Source: Squalus acanthias
Taxonomy: Eukaryota
NCBI GenBank assembly: GCA_030390025.1
Contig: CM059438.1
Span: 62,436,001 to 62,500,000 of the forward strand
Direction of reading: 5' to 3'
Length of the DNA stretch: 64,000 nt
Part shown: positions 26,416-39,776 of the stretch, one piece after another
Layout: each line of letters begins with the position of its first letter
How positions within the stretch are numbered: position 1 is the stretch's first letter
Notes under the pieces: generated by a model
What the model was told of the DNA's origin: nothing
Databases searched by the model: none
The model's input: the letters and a program-made list of their open reading frames with translations, nothing else
Program-made: the position numbers and the translations under genes

Positions 26416-27469
26416 TGAAATGGCATTGGATTAAACCTTCAATACCCGGCTTCCTCCAAACCAGAAACCCAGCCAGTCAAAGCCAGGACTGTTGTTGCAC
26501 TTCAGCTGTGGCTCAGTGGTAGCACTCTCACCTCTGAGTCATGAAGGTCGTAAATTCAAGCCCCACTCCAAAGACTGGAGCACATAATCTAGGCTGCTGC
26601 GTTAGTGCAGTACTGAGGGCGTGCTGCATTGTCTTTTGGATGAGATGTCGAATAGTGGGAGGGAGTAAGGAAGGAGGGATGAACTTGCATTTATATAGCA
26701 CCTTTCACATTTTCAGGACATCCCAAGGCATCTCCCAGCCAATGAATCACTGTTGTAACGTAGGCAAATGGAGCAGCCAATTTACGCACAGCAACATCCC
26801 ACAAACAGCAATAGGATAAATGATTAGATGATCTCTTTCGTGATGTTACTAGTGTCAGATCATTACTACTACAACATTGCCAAACAAAAGATTGCTACTG
26901 GTGGTGGTGCTGTAACATGAACACAGCACGACCCATCTCTTTTTGTGCGGCAGAACTCACGTGTGATACAGAAAGAAAAGGTGGAACGGAGGCAAGATGC
27001 ATGGAACTCGACGATGAAGCGGCTGCAGGAACTGATGATTTTAAACTTTCAAATCATTACATGGCACTTTTTATATTTGCTAAGGGGTCCTGATGGAGTG
27101 GTGCCCCAGTTTAATTTTCCTGTTGCTGCCCCCTTCTTCCCATCCACCCCCCCCCAGAAAACCTGGAAATCCTAGATTCCCAAAAAGCAAGGGAAGCCAG
27201 TTCTGCATTTTTACTTTAAAACAGAGACACGATGATAGGCTTTTAAATCCCACAAAAAAATGGGTCTCTACTGCCATCCCATGGTGAAGGTCGAGTCATT
27301 TATATTTCCAACTGCAGCTCACAAGTGTGAGAACTGCCACTTACCATCACTAAAAGTGCTTCAAAAAATAGAAGAATTTTTACCGTAATACTGACAAATC
27401 TGGCTTCTAGTACAACGCTGCAGTTCCAGTACAGCACTGAAGGAATGCCATTGACAGCATGCATGCAGT

Positions 27470-27840
27470 CTTCTTCTTAGGCAGTCCCTCAGAACCAAGG
27501 ATGACTTGCTTCCACATTAAAAATGAGTTTGCAGGGGACTGATGAGTCCAATGCGGGGGACCTACAGTCTCTGTCACAGGTGGGGCAGACGGTGGTTGAA
27601 GGGGTGGGTGGGTGGGGTGCTTGGGTTGACGTGCGCTCTTTCTGCTGTTTGCGCTTGGCTTCCGCTTGCTCCCGGCGAAGAGACTCGAGGTGTTCGGCGC
27701 CTTCCCGGATGCTTCTCCTCCACTTTGTGCGGTCTTGGGCCAGGGATTCCCAGGTGTCAGTGGGGATGTTGCACTTTTTCAAGGAGGCTTTGAGGGTGTC
27801 CTTGAAGCGTTTCCTCTGCCCACCTGGGGCTCTCTTGCCG
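27470..27840 (-). mobile_element. RTE-clade LINE 3' fragment (same family as 9579-10403)
   Basis: Near-identical to 9579-9940; TSD TGCATGCAGT/TGTATGCAGT 27460-27469/27841-27850. Confidence 0.9.
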
Positions 27841-29508
27841 TGTATGCAGTACTCCCACAGTCAAAGGCACTTTCCAGAATAAAGCCGGGAGCATTGTATA
27901 GTCCCCACATCATTCAAACACAGATTTTCATGCATTGCCAGATACCAGTGAATAATTGCATGGTGCTGGATTCCCTTTAGCCATCAGTCAAAAATCGAAG
28001 GCCTCCACCAGGTCTTGATTTTAGAATGGAACCAGGAAGAAAGATAAACAGAGAGTGACACCTAAAGGTCTTCCGCATGAGACATTAAACCAAAGCCACG
28101 TCTTCCAGTTTAGATGGACATCAAAGATTCCCACGGCACTATTCAAAGACAAGCAGGGGAGATCGCCCGGTGTCCTGGCCAACATTCCTCCCTCAACCAC
28201 AGCCAGCGAAACATTATCTGGTCATTTATCTCATTGTGTTTGTTCAACCTTGCAGTGTGCAAATTGGCTGCCATGTTTCCCTAACATGAACAACAGTGAC
28301 TGCAACAAACTGGCATTTATATAGCGCCTTTCACGTCTTCCGGACGCCCCAAAGCGCTTTACAGCCAATGAAGTACTTTTGAAGTGCTGTTCTTTCCCTG
28401 GGTCTCCAGTTAAGCAGTGCTCCTTGGAACCCCAATTTAATTGTAAAAGGGCGGTGGAAATTGGCTGTATCTGTGATCAGCCATGCCAAGGGCAAGAACG
28501 TATTCATCTGGTGAATCACTAGTGACTTGTCTCAGCTTGCCTGCTGATTAATGACAGGGTGTGGGTGATGTGGAGACAGTAGGATTGTCTGTAGGTTTGC
28601 TGGTCTTATTCTCGTGGCTGTAGAATACACAAAGGTTAATTGGCTTTAAAATGAATTGGGATATTTTTATGTATGAAAATTAATTAAAAATGCTTCCAAA
28701 AGTGCTGAAAATACGTGACGACGAATCAATGTTACATTTTTAATCAATAGCTCCATTTATAAGTCATTGATTAATCTACTGTGGTGAAATCTAACAAATT
28801 ACTCACTCCGCCCAGTGCAGTCAGTGCCATATTAATTATAGTTAATTGCGCAATGTGGTGGGTGTTGTGTTTGTCGTCAAACATTTTAAATCACATGGCA
28901 GTTTCATTGAAGAAGCATTTCGCCTAACCTTGAATTAGACAACTGGGGGGCACCTCCTTTGCCCCCCCCCTATTTGCTACTGCACTTGCCTGCCTTCCTG
29001 TGGCTCCCCAGTGAGGCTGCTTCACTGCAGCAATCTATTGTAGGTGGATAAGGGGAGGGATGGAGGAGGGGAGGTGACTAAGCTTCTGACGCCTTTGAAG
29101 TTGAGGTGAAAAGACTGAGCCTGAATAGCAGGCTCTGATATGCATCTGAAAAGTTCCCTACAGCTAAATTCACTGTCACAACTGTTCCAGAACCTCCTGT
29201 GTCTGTATGTTAACAGTTTAGTGTGTCTATAACATTGTATGGCATTTTTTAAAAATCTCTCCTTTCCTGAAATCTGTGACAGAGTCACAGTGGCACACAC
29301 ACTGCCAGGTCTCTGATGTCTTCATTTCTGATCATGCAGAATGTGTGTTGGTGGGGCCCATGCAGGCTCACATTCAACTAGATAATGAGAAGAAGCAGGA
29401 ATCCAACAGGTTTCCTCCTCCCTCTCAAATCAGGGATTCTGAGGCCAACTGCGTCCCTTCCACCCACCACCATCACCATACCCGCTAAACTCAAAGTGTA
29501 TGTACTAC

Positions 29509-29524
29509 GTGTGTGTGAGTGAGT

Positions 29525-29565
<41 letters not shown>

Positions 29566-29566
29566 T
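29509..29566. repeat. (TG)n microsatellite with GA interruptions
   Basis: Seen directly in sequence. Confidence 0.95.
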
Positions 29567-29608
29567 GAGGATGGGAAGGGATAGAGTTCTGGAGAATTAT
29601 AGTTTGCT

Positions 29609-29767
29609 ATAGTCCACTCCTGATAATTTAAAGTCAGTTAATTTGAATTCAAATTGAGCTTTAATAAAAATCTCCAGCAGTATTTGATTCCAGCTGCTTA
29701 ATTCAAATTACTGGATTTTTAAAAACTGAAAATACAGTTTTGAATTATCAGGAGCAGAGTCGACCAT
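29609..29767. mobile_element. Possible degenerate pogo/Tigger-like MITE
   Basis: Inverted termini containing CTCCTGATAATT / AATTATCAGGAG plus internal inverted taatttgaatt/aattcaaatta. Confidence 0.4.
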
Positions 29768-29879
29768 TTATCATCACTTAAGGTGCTTTTTACAGTATTG
29801 CAGTGTTTCACATAATTGACGGCATTTCCCAAGTTAAATAATCAAAGCTACCTTGTTGGGTGGTAGTACAAACTCCACT

Positions 29880-30870
29880 CTCTAGCCACAGAATCCATCC
29901 CTCTCCCTGGCCATTCTCTGAGGCTGAACCAGATTGTTCACAACTTTGGCATCCTCTATGACCCTGAGATGAGCTTCCAACCCTATATCGTCTCCACCGC
30001 CAGCACCGCTACTTCCAGCTCCGTAACAGTGCCCATCTTTGCCCCTGCCTCAGCTCACCTGCTGCTGAAACCCACATACATGCCTTTGTTGACTCTAGAC
30101 TCGACTGTTCCAATGGTCTCCCTCCATAAACTTGAGCTCATCCAAAACTCTGGTGCCTGTATCCTAACTCGAACCAAGTCCCATTCACCCATCACCCTGT
30201 GCTCGCTGACCTACATTGGCTCCCGGTTCGGCAATGCCTCGATTTTAAAATTTTAATCCTTGTTTTCAAATTCCTCCATGGCCTCGTCCCTCCTTATCCG
30301 GATGAGACATTAAACCGAGGCCCTCTGTAATACAATCAACATAACAAAAACCGATTATCTGGTCATTACCACATTGCTGTTTGTGGGACCTTGCTGTGCA
30401 CAAATTGGCTGCTGCTTTTCCCACATCACAACAGTGACTCCACTTCAAAAGTACTTCATTGGCTGTGAAGCACTTTGAGATGTCCGGTGGTCGTGAAAGG
30501 CACTATATAAATACAAGTCTTTCTTTTTTATCTCTATAACCTGCTCCAGCCCTCCGAGATCTCTGCACTCCTCCAACTCTGGCCTCTTGCGCATCTCCAA
30601 TTTTCATCACTCCACCAATGGCGGCCGTGCTTTCAGCTGCATTAGTCCTAAACTCTGGAATTCCTTCCCTAAATCTCTCCACCACTTTGCGCCCCTCTCC
30701 TCCTTTAATGCGCACCTTAAAACCTACCTCTTTGATCAAGCTTTTTGGTCACCTGTCCTAATAGCTCCTTCTGTGGCTCAATGGGAAATTTTGTTTGATA
30801 ACGCTCCTGTGAAGCACCTTGGGACGTTTTACTACTTTAAAGGCACTATATAAATGCAAGTTGTTGTTGT
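29880..30870 (+). mobile_element. L2 3' fragment interrupted by a SacSINE1-type fragment (~30298-30528)
   Basis: Same L2 3' region as 20995-21800 in opposite orientation, ending tataaatgcaagttgttgttg. Confidence 0.82.
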
Positions 30871-32285
30871 AGTGGGAATCACACTTTGTCATGGGTCTCC
30901 AAATCAGCTGTCAGAACTACCTGCTCTGGATCCAAGCACCCTGCAGGAGACCAGTGGCAAATGTCACACGTGAAAATGGGGTGTGATGGAGACCAGTCAT
31001 TTTGGTGTCGCTCCCCCAGAGCCTAACACAAAGGCACAGCATATCGGTGCTTCGTTTCTTGTGGGTTATGAGCGTTTACTCTGCATAGATTCCTTTCCTG
31101 CTGAACATCTTGTATTTACACATATTCTAAGTGCAGTGAGAATTATAAGCAAAAAGTAGCAGTCCTGTAGAATAGGAAATGTCGCGTGTTTAATCTGATT
31201 GCTGACTGAGAAAATGCCCACCGAGACAAGTGAGGACTGAGGAGAGTATTTTAACTTCAGAGGCAGCAGTGGTACATTGAGGGAGCTTTGCTCCTGAACT
31301 TCAGTGCTGAAGCAGAGGTGAGCTAATTAAATGGATTGTCTTCATTGCAATTTCGATCATTCACCGATGGCAGAAAGTAAAGTCAGTACTGAAGTGCCTT
31401 CCTGGCTGTAACCCAAGCAAATCATTGAGATTGTTGCTTTTGATTCCCAATTTTAATTCAGCATCTGAATAATGAAACTGAGCGGAAGTGTTAGGAGAGC
31501 TGAAAAATGATCTTCTTTGGAAAGGGAGTTTTAATTCACAAAAGGTTTGCCAGGATAATGAAGTGCCCTATATAGTAGGCAGGTTTCGTGCTCTTCCTGT
31601 TTGTAGGTTTCAAAATCTGTCTAGAATTTCTGTCCGATCCCAGCCGCTCAGCTGATTTTTCTCTCTGTTTGATGCTGCATGGTTACAGGCATTTGAATCG
31701 TGATGGGATGTGCTGAGCCTAGCAGAACCAATAATCTGTTTATATTATATTAAAAATCTTGTGTATGCATGCAATTTCTGTACACAAGCTTCTCTTCCTA
31801 TTGTCACAGTTTTTTGTCAAGCTTTATATGTCAACGTTTAACATGGAAAATGCCTATGTAATCAGTCATAATGGGAATTCCCTATGTAAACGAGCCCCAC
31901 TGATGCTGTAGTTGACGGCTGTGCCCACTAGGTGGCACTGTAGCACCAGTGTATCTTGTACCATGGCATCTTCTGACACACTGAGCAACACAACAGGAGA
32001 AGAAATTAAAATGAAGGCGAATTACAATCACTGCTGCTCTCACTATTCCCAGCATGGTGAGTTCATGATGGTAGTCGTGCTGTTGTGGCAAGATGCCAAG
32101 CAGTGGCCAAGGGCCTGTCAGTATGGAGACACAATCATACAGGGCCACTCATGCAAACTTCCAAGCAGCTGGTTTAATTGAACAGCTAGAACCACATGAC
32201 GCAATAGCATGCTTGCAATTCTCTACAACAGAGCGATGGGAACTGGGTTGCGATTTGCCATTACAAAAAGTTCCCGTGGAACTTG

Positions 32286-32730
32286 GGTGTCAGCCGTGGC
32301 TCTGTGGTAGTACTCTCACATGTGAGTCAGAAGGTTATGAGCACATAGTCTAGGCTGACACACCTATGCAGTACTGAGGGAGCCCCGTGCTGTCGGAAGG
32401 GCTGTGTTTCGGATGAGACGTTAAACCAAGGCCCCGTCTGCCCTCTCAGGTGGATGTAACCGATCCCATGGCACTATTACAAAGAAGAGCAGAGGAGTTC
32501 TCTCCGGTGTCCTGGTCAATATTTATCCCTCAACCAGCATCACTAAAAAAAAATGATCTGGTCATTATCACATTGATGTTTATGGGAGCTTGCTGTGCGC
32601 AAATTAGCTGCTACGTTTCCTAGATTACAACAGTGACTACACTTCAAAAGTACTTAACTGGCTGTAAAGCGCTTTGGGACGTCCTGAGGTCATGAAAGGC
32701 ATTATAGAAATGCAAGTCTTTTCTTTCTTT
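32286..32730 (+). mobile_element. SacSINE1-type SINE, near full length
   Basis: tRNA-like head, Deu-type core, tail. Confidence 0.87.
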
Positions 32731-33247
32731 CATGGTGAATTCATAGGGAGGATGAAAGAGAGAGTGAGCATTGAGCAGAATGCCTAGAGAGAGACTTGCC
32801 CATTAAGAAAAAGTGAATATTAAGTATGAGCTAGGGACATGCTCCTACAGCACCTGATGGCTAACTGAAAAGCAGCACCATGCCTGGGAGAGTCCATCTG
32901 CCTTTCATAGCTCAGGAATGGTGTGCATTGATTCAGGGGGAATTTAATGAGGGAAGAAAATTACTTTTCAAAAGGGAGAGGGGGTGGGCTCCCCAGTGGC
33001 TCAGTTAGTGAATGCTCTACTCTCTATGGAACTGATGCAGGAAGTCCCAGTCTCTGTTATTCCCAGCTAGAGGAGCACTCCAACCAGACTGGGCACTCAT
33101 GGGATAGAGATGGGGAGGAAAATCAGCTGCTGATGCTGATCTTTACTGGAATGTGAACACGGATGGATCTCAGGTGAGATCAGGATCAGGGGGATGCCCC
33201 ATCGCACATCGCCTGCTGATCCTGGGCCAGGCCCACTTGAGTTTGGT

Positions 33248-34225
33248 AACAACAACTTTAATTTATATAGCGCGTTTAATGTAGTAAAACGTCCCAAGGC
33301 GCTTCACAGGAGCATTATCTAACAAAATTAGACACCGAGTCACATAAGGAGATATTAGGACAGATGACCAAAAGCTTAGTCAAAGAAGTAGGTTTTAAGG
33401 AGCCTCTTCAGGGAGGACAGAGAGGCGGAGAGGTTTAGGGAGGGAATTCCAGAGCTTGGGGCCTAGGCAGTTGAAGACACTGCCGCCAATGGTGGAGCGA
33501 TGAAAATCGGGGATGCTCAAGAGGCCAGAATTGGAAGAGCGCAGATATCTTGAGGGGAGGGGGGGGTGGTTGTAAGGCTGGATCAGGTTACAGAGATAGG
33601 GAGGGGCGAGGCCTTGGAGGAATTTGAAAACAAGGATGAGAATTTTAAAATCAAGACGTTGCTGGACCAGGAGCCAATGTAGGTCAGCGAGCACAGGGGT
33701 GATGGATGAACGGGACTTGGTGCGAGTTAGGACACGGGCTGCAGAGTTTTTGGATGAGCTCAAGTTTATGGAGGGTGGAAAATGGGAGGCCGACCAGGAG
33801 AGCATTGGAATAGTCAAGTCTAGAGATAACAAAGGCAGGGATGAGGATTTCCGCAACAGGTGAGCTGAGGCAGAGTCAGACCAGCGATGTTACCGAGGTG
33901 GAAGTAGGTGGTTTTGGTGATGGAGAGGATATGTGGTTGGAAGCTCATCTCGGGGAAAAATAGGACGGCAAGGTTGCGAACGATCTGGTTCAGCCGCGGA
34001 CAGTGGCTAGGGAGAGGGATGGAGCCGGTGGCTAGGGAACGGGGTTTGTGGCGGGGACCGAAGACAATGGCTTCAGTCTTCCTGATATTTAGTTGGAGGA
34101 AATTTCTGCTCATCCAGGACTGGATGTTGGACAGTGGAGGAGTTGAGAGAGCCGGTGGTGAGGTAGAGCTGGGTGTCGTCAGCGTACATGTTGAACCTGA
34201 CGCGTTTTCGGACAATGTCGCCGAG
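33248..34225 (-). mobile_element. L2 3' fragment
   Basis: Similar to 20995-22025; NSAARVLTRTKSR, LHWL, GPKLWNSLP. Confidence 0.88.
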
Positions 34226-36521
34226 AAAGGGTTCGCACCTTCGGTAGAGGGAAGGAGGGCAAAAGTTTTGTTTTTAAAACATTATCTTCTGTATATTGCA
34301 TACACACACTTCTGTATCCTCATGGTTAAAGTGCAGGTAAAAATGTTTGTTAATTTAGAATGTTGAGCTTGGATTACCACACTAGTTGTCTACACTAACC
34401 AGCTGGCAGTATAATACTGCGGAGCAGCTTCAACTCTTGAGCAATTCCCTGATGTATTTTAGTTCCTGGTACTCTGTCTTTGCCCTATTTCCCATTGCAG
34501 CACAGAATTCAGATCAGCGTCGCCAAGAGGGAAACAACTGTGCAGCTTAAAAGGTAGCCTTCGCGCCTTAAATTTTCTGCCCTCAGACCTTCCTCCGTAT
34601 AGTCAACTTAAAGAGGGGCCAGAGAAAATGACAACTGTGCTGGCGGCTCATGAAAAAGCACGCGTGAGGTGGATCTCCGTGTCTCTGGAGGCGCTAGTGA
34701 TGCCCTCTTTCTACTGTATTATAGCATTGCCACCACAGGCCGGATGGACTGCCTCCAGTAGCAGCCACTTAACATAAATCTGTTATGAACCAAGTACCTG
34801 CACTTTGCAGATGGGTACCTTAGGCCCCGATTACGGCACCGAGTCTCAATGTAAACAAGACATTAGTGTATTTAGAAGACAGTGGATTCAATGATAAGGA
34901 CCAGATAAGGAAAATTGATTGTATGCAGTTTAGTGTTCCGCCGAACAAAGAGAAGTATATTCAGGCAACGTACCGTCTCTGAAAGTGCAGACGTTATCTC
35001 AGGGGTTGTGCGTTTTCTAAGTGATTAAATCAATCCAAACTTGTTCCCTTGCTGCTCCACCCCAGGCACCGGTGGGCTTGTCCCGTCCTGAAACAAATTG
35101 TATGGGATGTTGCTTTAAAAGGTGCTGCCTATTGTGAGCAACAGGAGGCTGTTGGCTGCTATTATGGAGCAGGCAATTTGTCATCAATCCCATCTGTCTT
35201 CTTTCAGTGTTTGCAATCTGACCCTGCACAAGCAGCTGATTTACATCTGTACCAGCTCCTGCAGTCCTGTCAAGCCCTCCTGCTCAGAGCAGAGCCCGTT
35301 TGCTCCTGTCTACAGAGTATGATATGGTGATTACCAGGCTCCCTGCAGCCTCCACTTGCAACCACACACAGCCAGCCTATAGTTGTTGGGGGTTACAGGC
35401 CAGACCCTGTGGTATGTGGTGTTGACAGTTTTATTTAGCAAGACAACAAGCCAAGTTTTATTGCCTTTATTATCCCCAATTTCATGGTTGATGTGCAGTT
35501 CTCTTAATCTTGTTGTTTGACTTTTGCTTCACTTTCTCTTTTCTATGATCCATTCAAGGTGAATAGTGCTGTATTTACACATTACATTTGGTTCACATGA
35601 GACTTGCCAGTGCGTACGTTTCCAGTCAGCTGTAAACATAGAAACATAGAATCTAGGAGCATGTGTAGTCACATGCATACACATTGGAGACCCTGTTTAT
35701 TTTAGGAAATAGACCATTTTTTTATTGAATTATCGAGCTAAATTCCCAGATATATATTATGAAGCCATTATAGATTTTGATTGCACGGGTCTTGTGGAAG
35801 GAGTCACTGATACATCCAGCTTTCTTAACCTGACTTTGCCCTTGCTAGACGGGACTAGACAACCTTTTCAAATCGATTTTCTCCTTCTCCTCGTCTCCCG
35901 AAACTGTGACCTTGTCGGCTGCTTATCCTCTGAGGCTTCAGGCAGTGCCAGCTTTCAGCTTTTACTCTCCGCTTTCTCGCCTCTTGCTGAGAATAGTTCC
36001 AGGGGTGTTTTAGATCTCCTTGGTACCTGAACGCAGTTGCCGTTTTTCACGGTGTGATCCTAGACGGGGAGCACTTGCAAGCTATTCAACCTGAAAAGCA
36101 TCACCACTAAGCTTGATCTTGCCCTTGGCCCATGTCCATATGCATCCACTTTCTAGCACCTGTGGCTGGATATCAATGTGGAGTGGGAACCTTGGCTGAT
36201 TTCTCTCTTTCCACCCCCTCCCCACCCATGATCACCAGCCCAGAGGTGTTGAGGCAAGTTGTAGCTCCCTGAATGCTACTTTGGTTGTGATCAGCTGCCT
36301 TAGCGTAGCCCACTCTCCTGATGACTCAGTTGGTCAAGACAGTACATCACTTGGCCCTGCAGACCAACGGTTCCAGGTTCGATTCCTGATCTGTGCTCAG
36401 TTTGCTGATCTCGTCTCCTCGGAGCGCTGCAATTGACCTCAGTGCCGCTGGATTAGAAAAGGATCCCGCTGCAGACTGCTGTTAGAAAGTAGATTTATGA
36501 GTGGGCATGCAGTGAGGACAA

Positions 36522-37145
36522 GTTCAGTCCGTAAGGGGGACCCCGAGCTCCCGGTGGCCTGTCACTTTAATTCACCGCTTCACTCCCACTCTGACCTCAC
36601 CGTCCTCGGCCTAATACACTGTTCCACGGAAGCTCAGCGTAAGCTCGAGGAACAGCACCTCATCTTTCGTTTAGGCACGCTACAGCCCTCTGGACTCAAT
36701 ATCGAGTTCAACAATTTTAGATCATAACCTCAGCTCCAATCACATTTATATTTTATTTTATCCACCCTTTTATTTGTCCCCCCCACCTTTTTTTTCCTCC
36801 TAGAAGCTGGCAGCTGTCCTTCATTCTGCCAGTAGATTTCACACTTCATTCAGCCTTAATCTGTCACATTAACACCACCTCTAGCCTTGCATATCTCTTA
36901 ATGTCTCTTAATGTCTCTTCATCTCCTCCTTTGTTCCTTTATCCCCTCCCCCTTTTCCCAGCTTTACCCTGGCCTTAAATCTATTTGATTTCCAGCTCTT
37001 CCCAGTTCTGATGAAAGGTCATCGACCTGAAACGTCAACTCTCTTTCTCTCTCCACGGATGCTGCCTGGCCTGCTGAGTTTTTCCAGCGTTTTCTGTTGT
37101 TATTTCGGATTTCCAGCATCTGCAGTATTTTGCTATCGTATTAGG
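36522..37145 (+). mobile_element. 5'-truncated Penelope-like element, family A (GIY-YIG C-terminus + terminal repeat)
   Basis: PVACHFNS...RKLEEQHLIFRLGTLQPSGLNIEF ending at 36727; hammerhead in the 3' repeat. Confidence 0.92.
37004..37040 (+). ncRNA. Minimal type I hammerhead ribozyme motif (PLE family A), GUC site
   Basis: AGTT-CTGATGA-A-AGGTC-ATC-GACCT-GAA-ACGT-C-AACT. Confidence 0.85.
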
Positions 37146-37420
37146 TTGGACGGTGATGCCACACTCAGTCAAATAGTCTGCTGAGACCTGTTGTCCAGTG
37201 TGAAAAATGGGAATTAAGGTGATACGGGAGGGTGGCCCAGCAGGAGTCTGCAACTACAGGGGAGAAAATGGTCAAAAATTAATAACACAGCACAAACTGG
37301 GAACCAAACTAAGGACCTTCTAGGATAGCAAAATACTGCGGATGCTGGAAATCTGAAATAACAACAGAAAACGCTGGAAAAACTCAGCAGGCCAGGCAGC
37401 ATCCGTGGAGAGAGAAAGAG

Positions 37421-37457
37421 AGTTAACGTTTCAGGTCGAAGACCTTTCATCAGAACT
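37421..37457 (-). ncRNA. Hammerhead motif (family A) in the inverted arm
   Basis: Exact reverse complement of 38475-38511. Confidence 0.82.
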
Positions 37458-38474
37458 GTGAAGAGCCAGAAATCAAATAGATTTAAGGCCAGAGTAAAGC
37501 TGGGAAAAGGGGGAGGGGATAAAAGAACAAAGGGGGAGATGAAGAGACATTAAGAGACATTAAGAGATATGCAAGGCTAGAGGTGGTGTTAATGTGACAG
37601 ATTAAGGCTGAATGAAGTGTGAAATCCACTGGCAGAATGAAGGACAGCTGCCAGCTTCTAGGAGGAAAAAAAAAAAAAAAAAAGGTGGGGGGGGGGGGGG
37701 CAAATGAAAGGGTGGAAAAAATAAAATATAAATGTGATTGGAGCTGAGCCCGGCACCTTCCCGTGCACGCGCAGGAGATGCTACACATGCCCTTACACCT
37801 CCCCTCTTCCCACTGTCCAGGGCCCCAAACACCCCTTCCAGGTGAAACAGCGATTTACTTGTACTTCCTGCAATTTAGTATACTGTATTCGCTGCTCACG
37901 ATGTGGTCTCCTCTACATTGGGGAGACCAAACGCAGATTGGGTGACCGCTTTGCGGAACACCTCCGTTCAGTCCGTAAGGGGGACCCCGAGCTCCCGGTG
38001 GCCTGTCACTTTAATTCACCGCTTCACTCCCACTCTGACCTCACCGTCCTCGGCCTATTACACTGTTCCACGGAAGCGCAGCGTAAGCTCGAGGAACAGC
38101 ACCTCATCTTTCGTTTAGGCACGCTACAGCCCTCTGGACTCAATATCGAGTTCAACAATTTTAGATCATAACCTCAGCTCCAATCACATTTATATTTTAT
38201 TTTTTCCACCCTTTCATTTGCCCCCCCCCCCCCCCACCTTTTTTTTTTTTTTTTTTTTTTTTTTTTCCTCCTAGAAGCTGGCAGCTGTCCTTCATTCTGC
38301 CAGTGGATTTCACACTTCATTCAGCCTTAATCTGTCACATTAACACCACCTCTAGCCTTGCATATCTCTTAATGTCTCTTAATGTCTCTTCATCTCCCCC
38401 TTTGTTCTTTTATCCCCTCCCCCTTTTCCCAGCTTTACTCTGGCCTTAAATCTATTTGATTTCTGGCTCTTCAC

Positions 38475-38511
38475 AGTTCTGATGAAAGGTCTTCGACCTG
38501 AAACGTTAACT
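38475..38511 (+). ncRNA. Minimal type I hammerhead ribozyme motif (family A), GUU site
   Basis: AGTT-CTGATGA-A-AGGTC-TTC-GACCT-GAA-ACGT-T-AACT. Confidence 0.83.
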
Positions 38512-39307
38512 CTCTTTCTCTCTCCACGGATGCTGCCTGGCCTGCTGAGTTTTTCCAGCGTTTTCTGTTGTTATTTAAGGACCTTCTAGTTTGTGTGGTC
38601 TAGGGATCGCACAGACTAGAAAGCCCCGGTTTCAGTTTGCGTGAGCTGTGCATAGGCATCAGGGACCTGAATTGAATTTCAATTAATGCAACATAAATGT
38701 CCATGTGTCTGTTTAAACACAGGTGACCATTGTACAAGTGCAGCTTTTGTATTGGGTCAAGTGCCATGCCAACGTGCCCCGACACACAGGTCTCCTCCAG
38801 CTGGATTTGCCAAGACCCTTTGTTGCTGGTTCTTTCTGGCAGCTGGCCTTGGCAGATCCGGCAAGTTTACTTTGGGGTTGCCCCAGCCTGCACGAGACCC
38901 ACATGTCGAGAGCCAGTGACACTAAGATTGCTGCACAACATAATTTGTTCCCTCGCCTGCACTCACAGTGCGAGTCAAATAAATCTTGCAGACGCAGTAA
39001 ATGGTGACACTGCACATGCATGATCGGGAGTGTTCTGGGACTGGAGCAATGCACGTGAATATTTAGCTCGAGGTTGCTGCAGTTAAAGTCAGTGCACTAT
39101 ATGTGTATTCCTTTATATACCAATCTAGATATGAGGGCCTTTGCATTCAGTAACACCTTTATATATCATTAGCATTAAACACAGCTAACTTCAGGACTGA
39201 ATATTTTAATAATTTGCAATGTATCTATTTAAATTAGACCCTAAAAGGCATTTTTATCTTGTTTTCAATTAACTATTCAAATAAGTTTAAACTGGAGATT
39301 AAAAGGA

Positions 39308-39776
39308 TAAAAGAAAGATCCGCATTTATATAGCGCCTTTCACGACCACCAGACGTCTCAAAGCGCTTTACAGCAAATGAAGTACTTTTTTTTGAAGCGC
39401 AGTCACTGTTGTAATGATGGGAAATGCGGCAGCCAATTTGCGCACAGCAAGCTCCCACAAACAGCAATGTGATAACGACCAGATAATCTGTTTTTGTTAT
39501 GTTGGTTGAGGGATAAATATTGGCTAGGACACCGGGGAGAACGCCCCTGCTCTTCTTCAAAATAGTGCCATGTGATCTTTTACGTCCACCTGAGAGAGCA
39601 GACGGGCCTCGGTTTAACGTCTCATCCGAAAGACAGCACCTCTGACAGTGCAGCACTCCCTCAGCACTGCACTGGAGTGTCAGCCTAGCTTTATGTGCTC
39701 AAGTCCCTGGAGTGGGACTTGAACCCACAACCTTCTGACTCAGAGGCGAGTGTGCGACCCACTGAGCCACAGCTGA
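39308..39776 (-). mobile_element. SacSINE1-type SINE, full length
   Basis: Complete head (A/B-box-like), core and tail on the minus strand. Confidence 0.9.

Larger units (their letters stand above)
37324..38575 (+). mobile_element. Young Penelope-like element, family A, with inverted 5' terminal repeat
   Basis: Inverted arm 37324-37748; GIY-YIG fragment 37749-38171 (CTRRRCYTC, NLVYCIRCSRCGLLYIGETKRRL, GLN); direct arm 38173-38575; TSD TAAGGACCTTCTAG 37310-37323/38576-38589. Confidence 0.95.

Noticed and set aside
26954..27092. Open phase-1 reading frame after a pyrimidine-rich cag
   Set aside because: No convincing donor before the stop and no recognisable homology
35049..35330. ORF with CP...DVALKGAAYC resembling the NPDC1 Cys-rich motif
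   Set aside because: Cys spacing does not match (no CGPC), and the candidate acceptor gives the wrong phase
37734..38171. Standalone GIY-YIG nuclease gene
   Set aside because: 5'-truncated PLE fragment; the apparent start lies in the inverted arm
39700..39776. tRNA genes at SINE heads (also 7390, 32286, 61243)
   Set aside because: A/B-box-like heads run directly into the SINE core, so they are not standalone tRNAs
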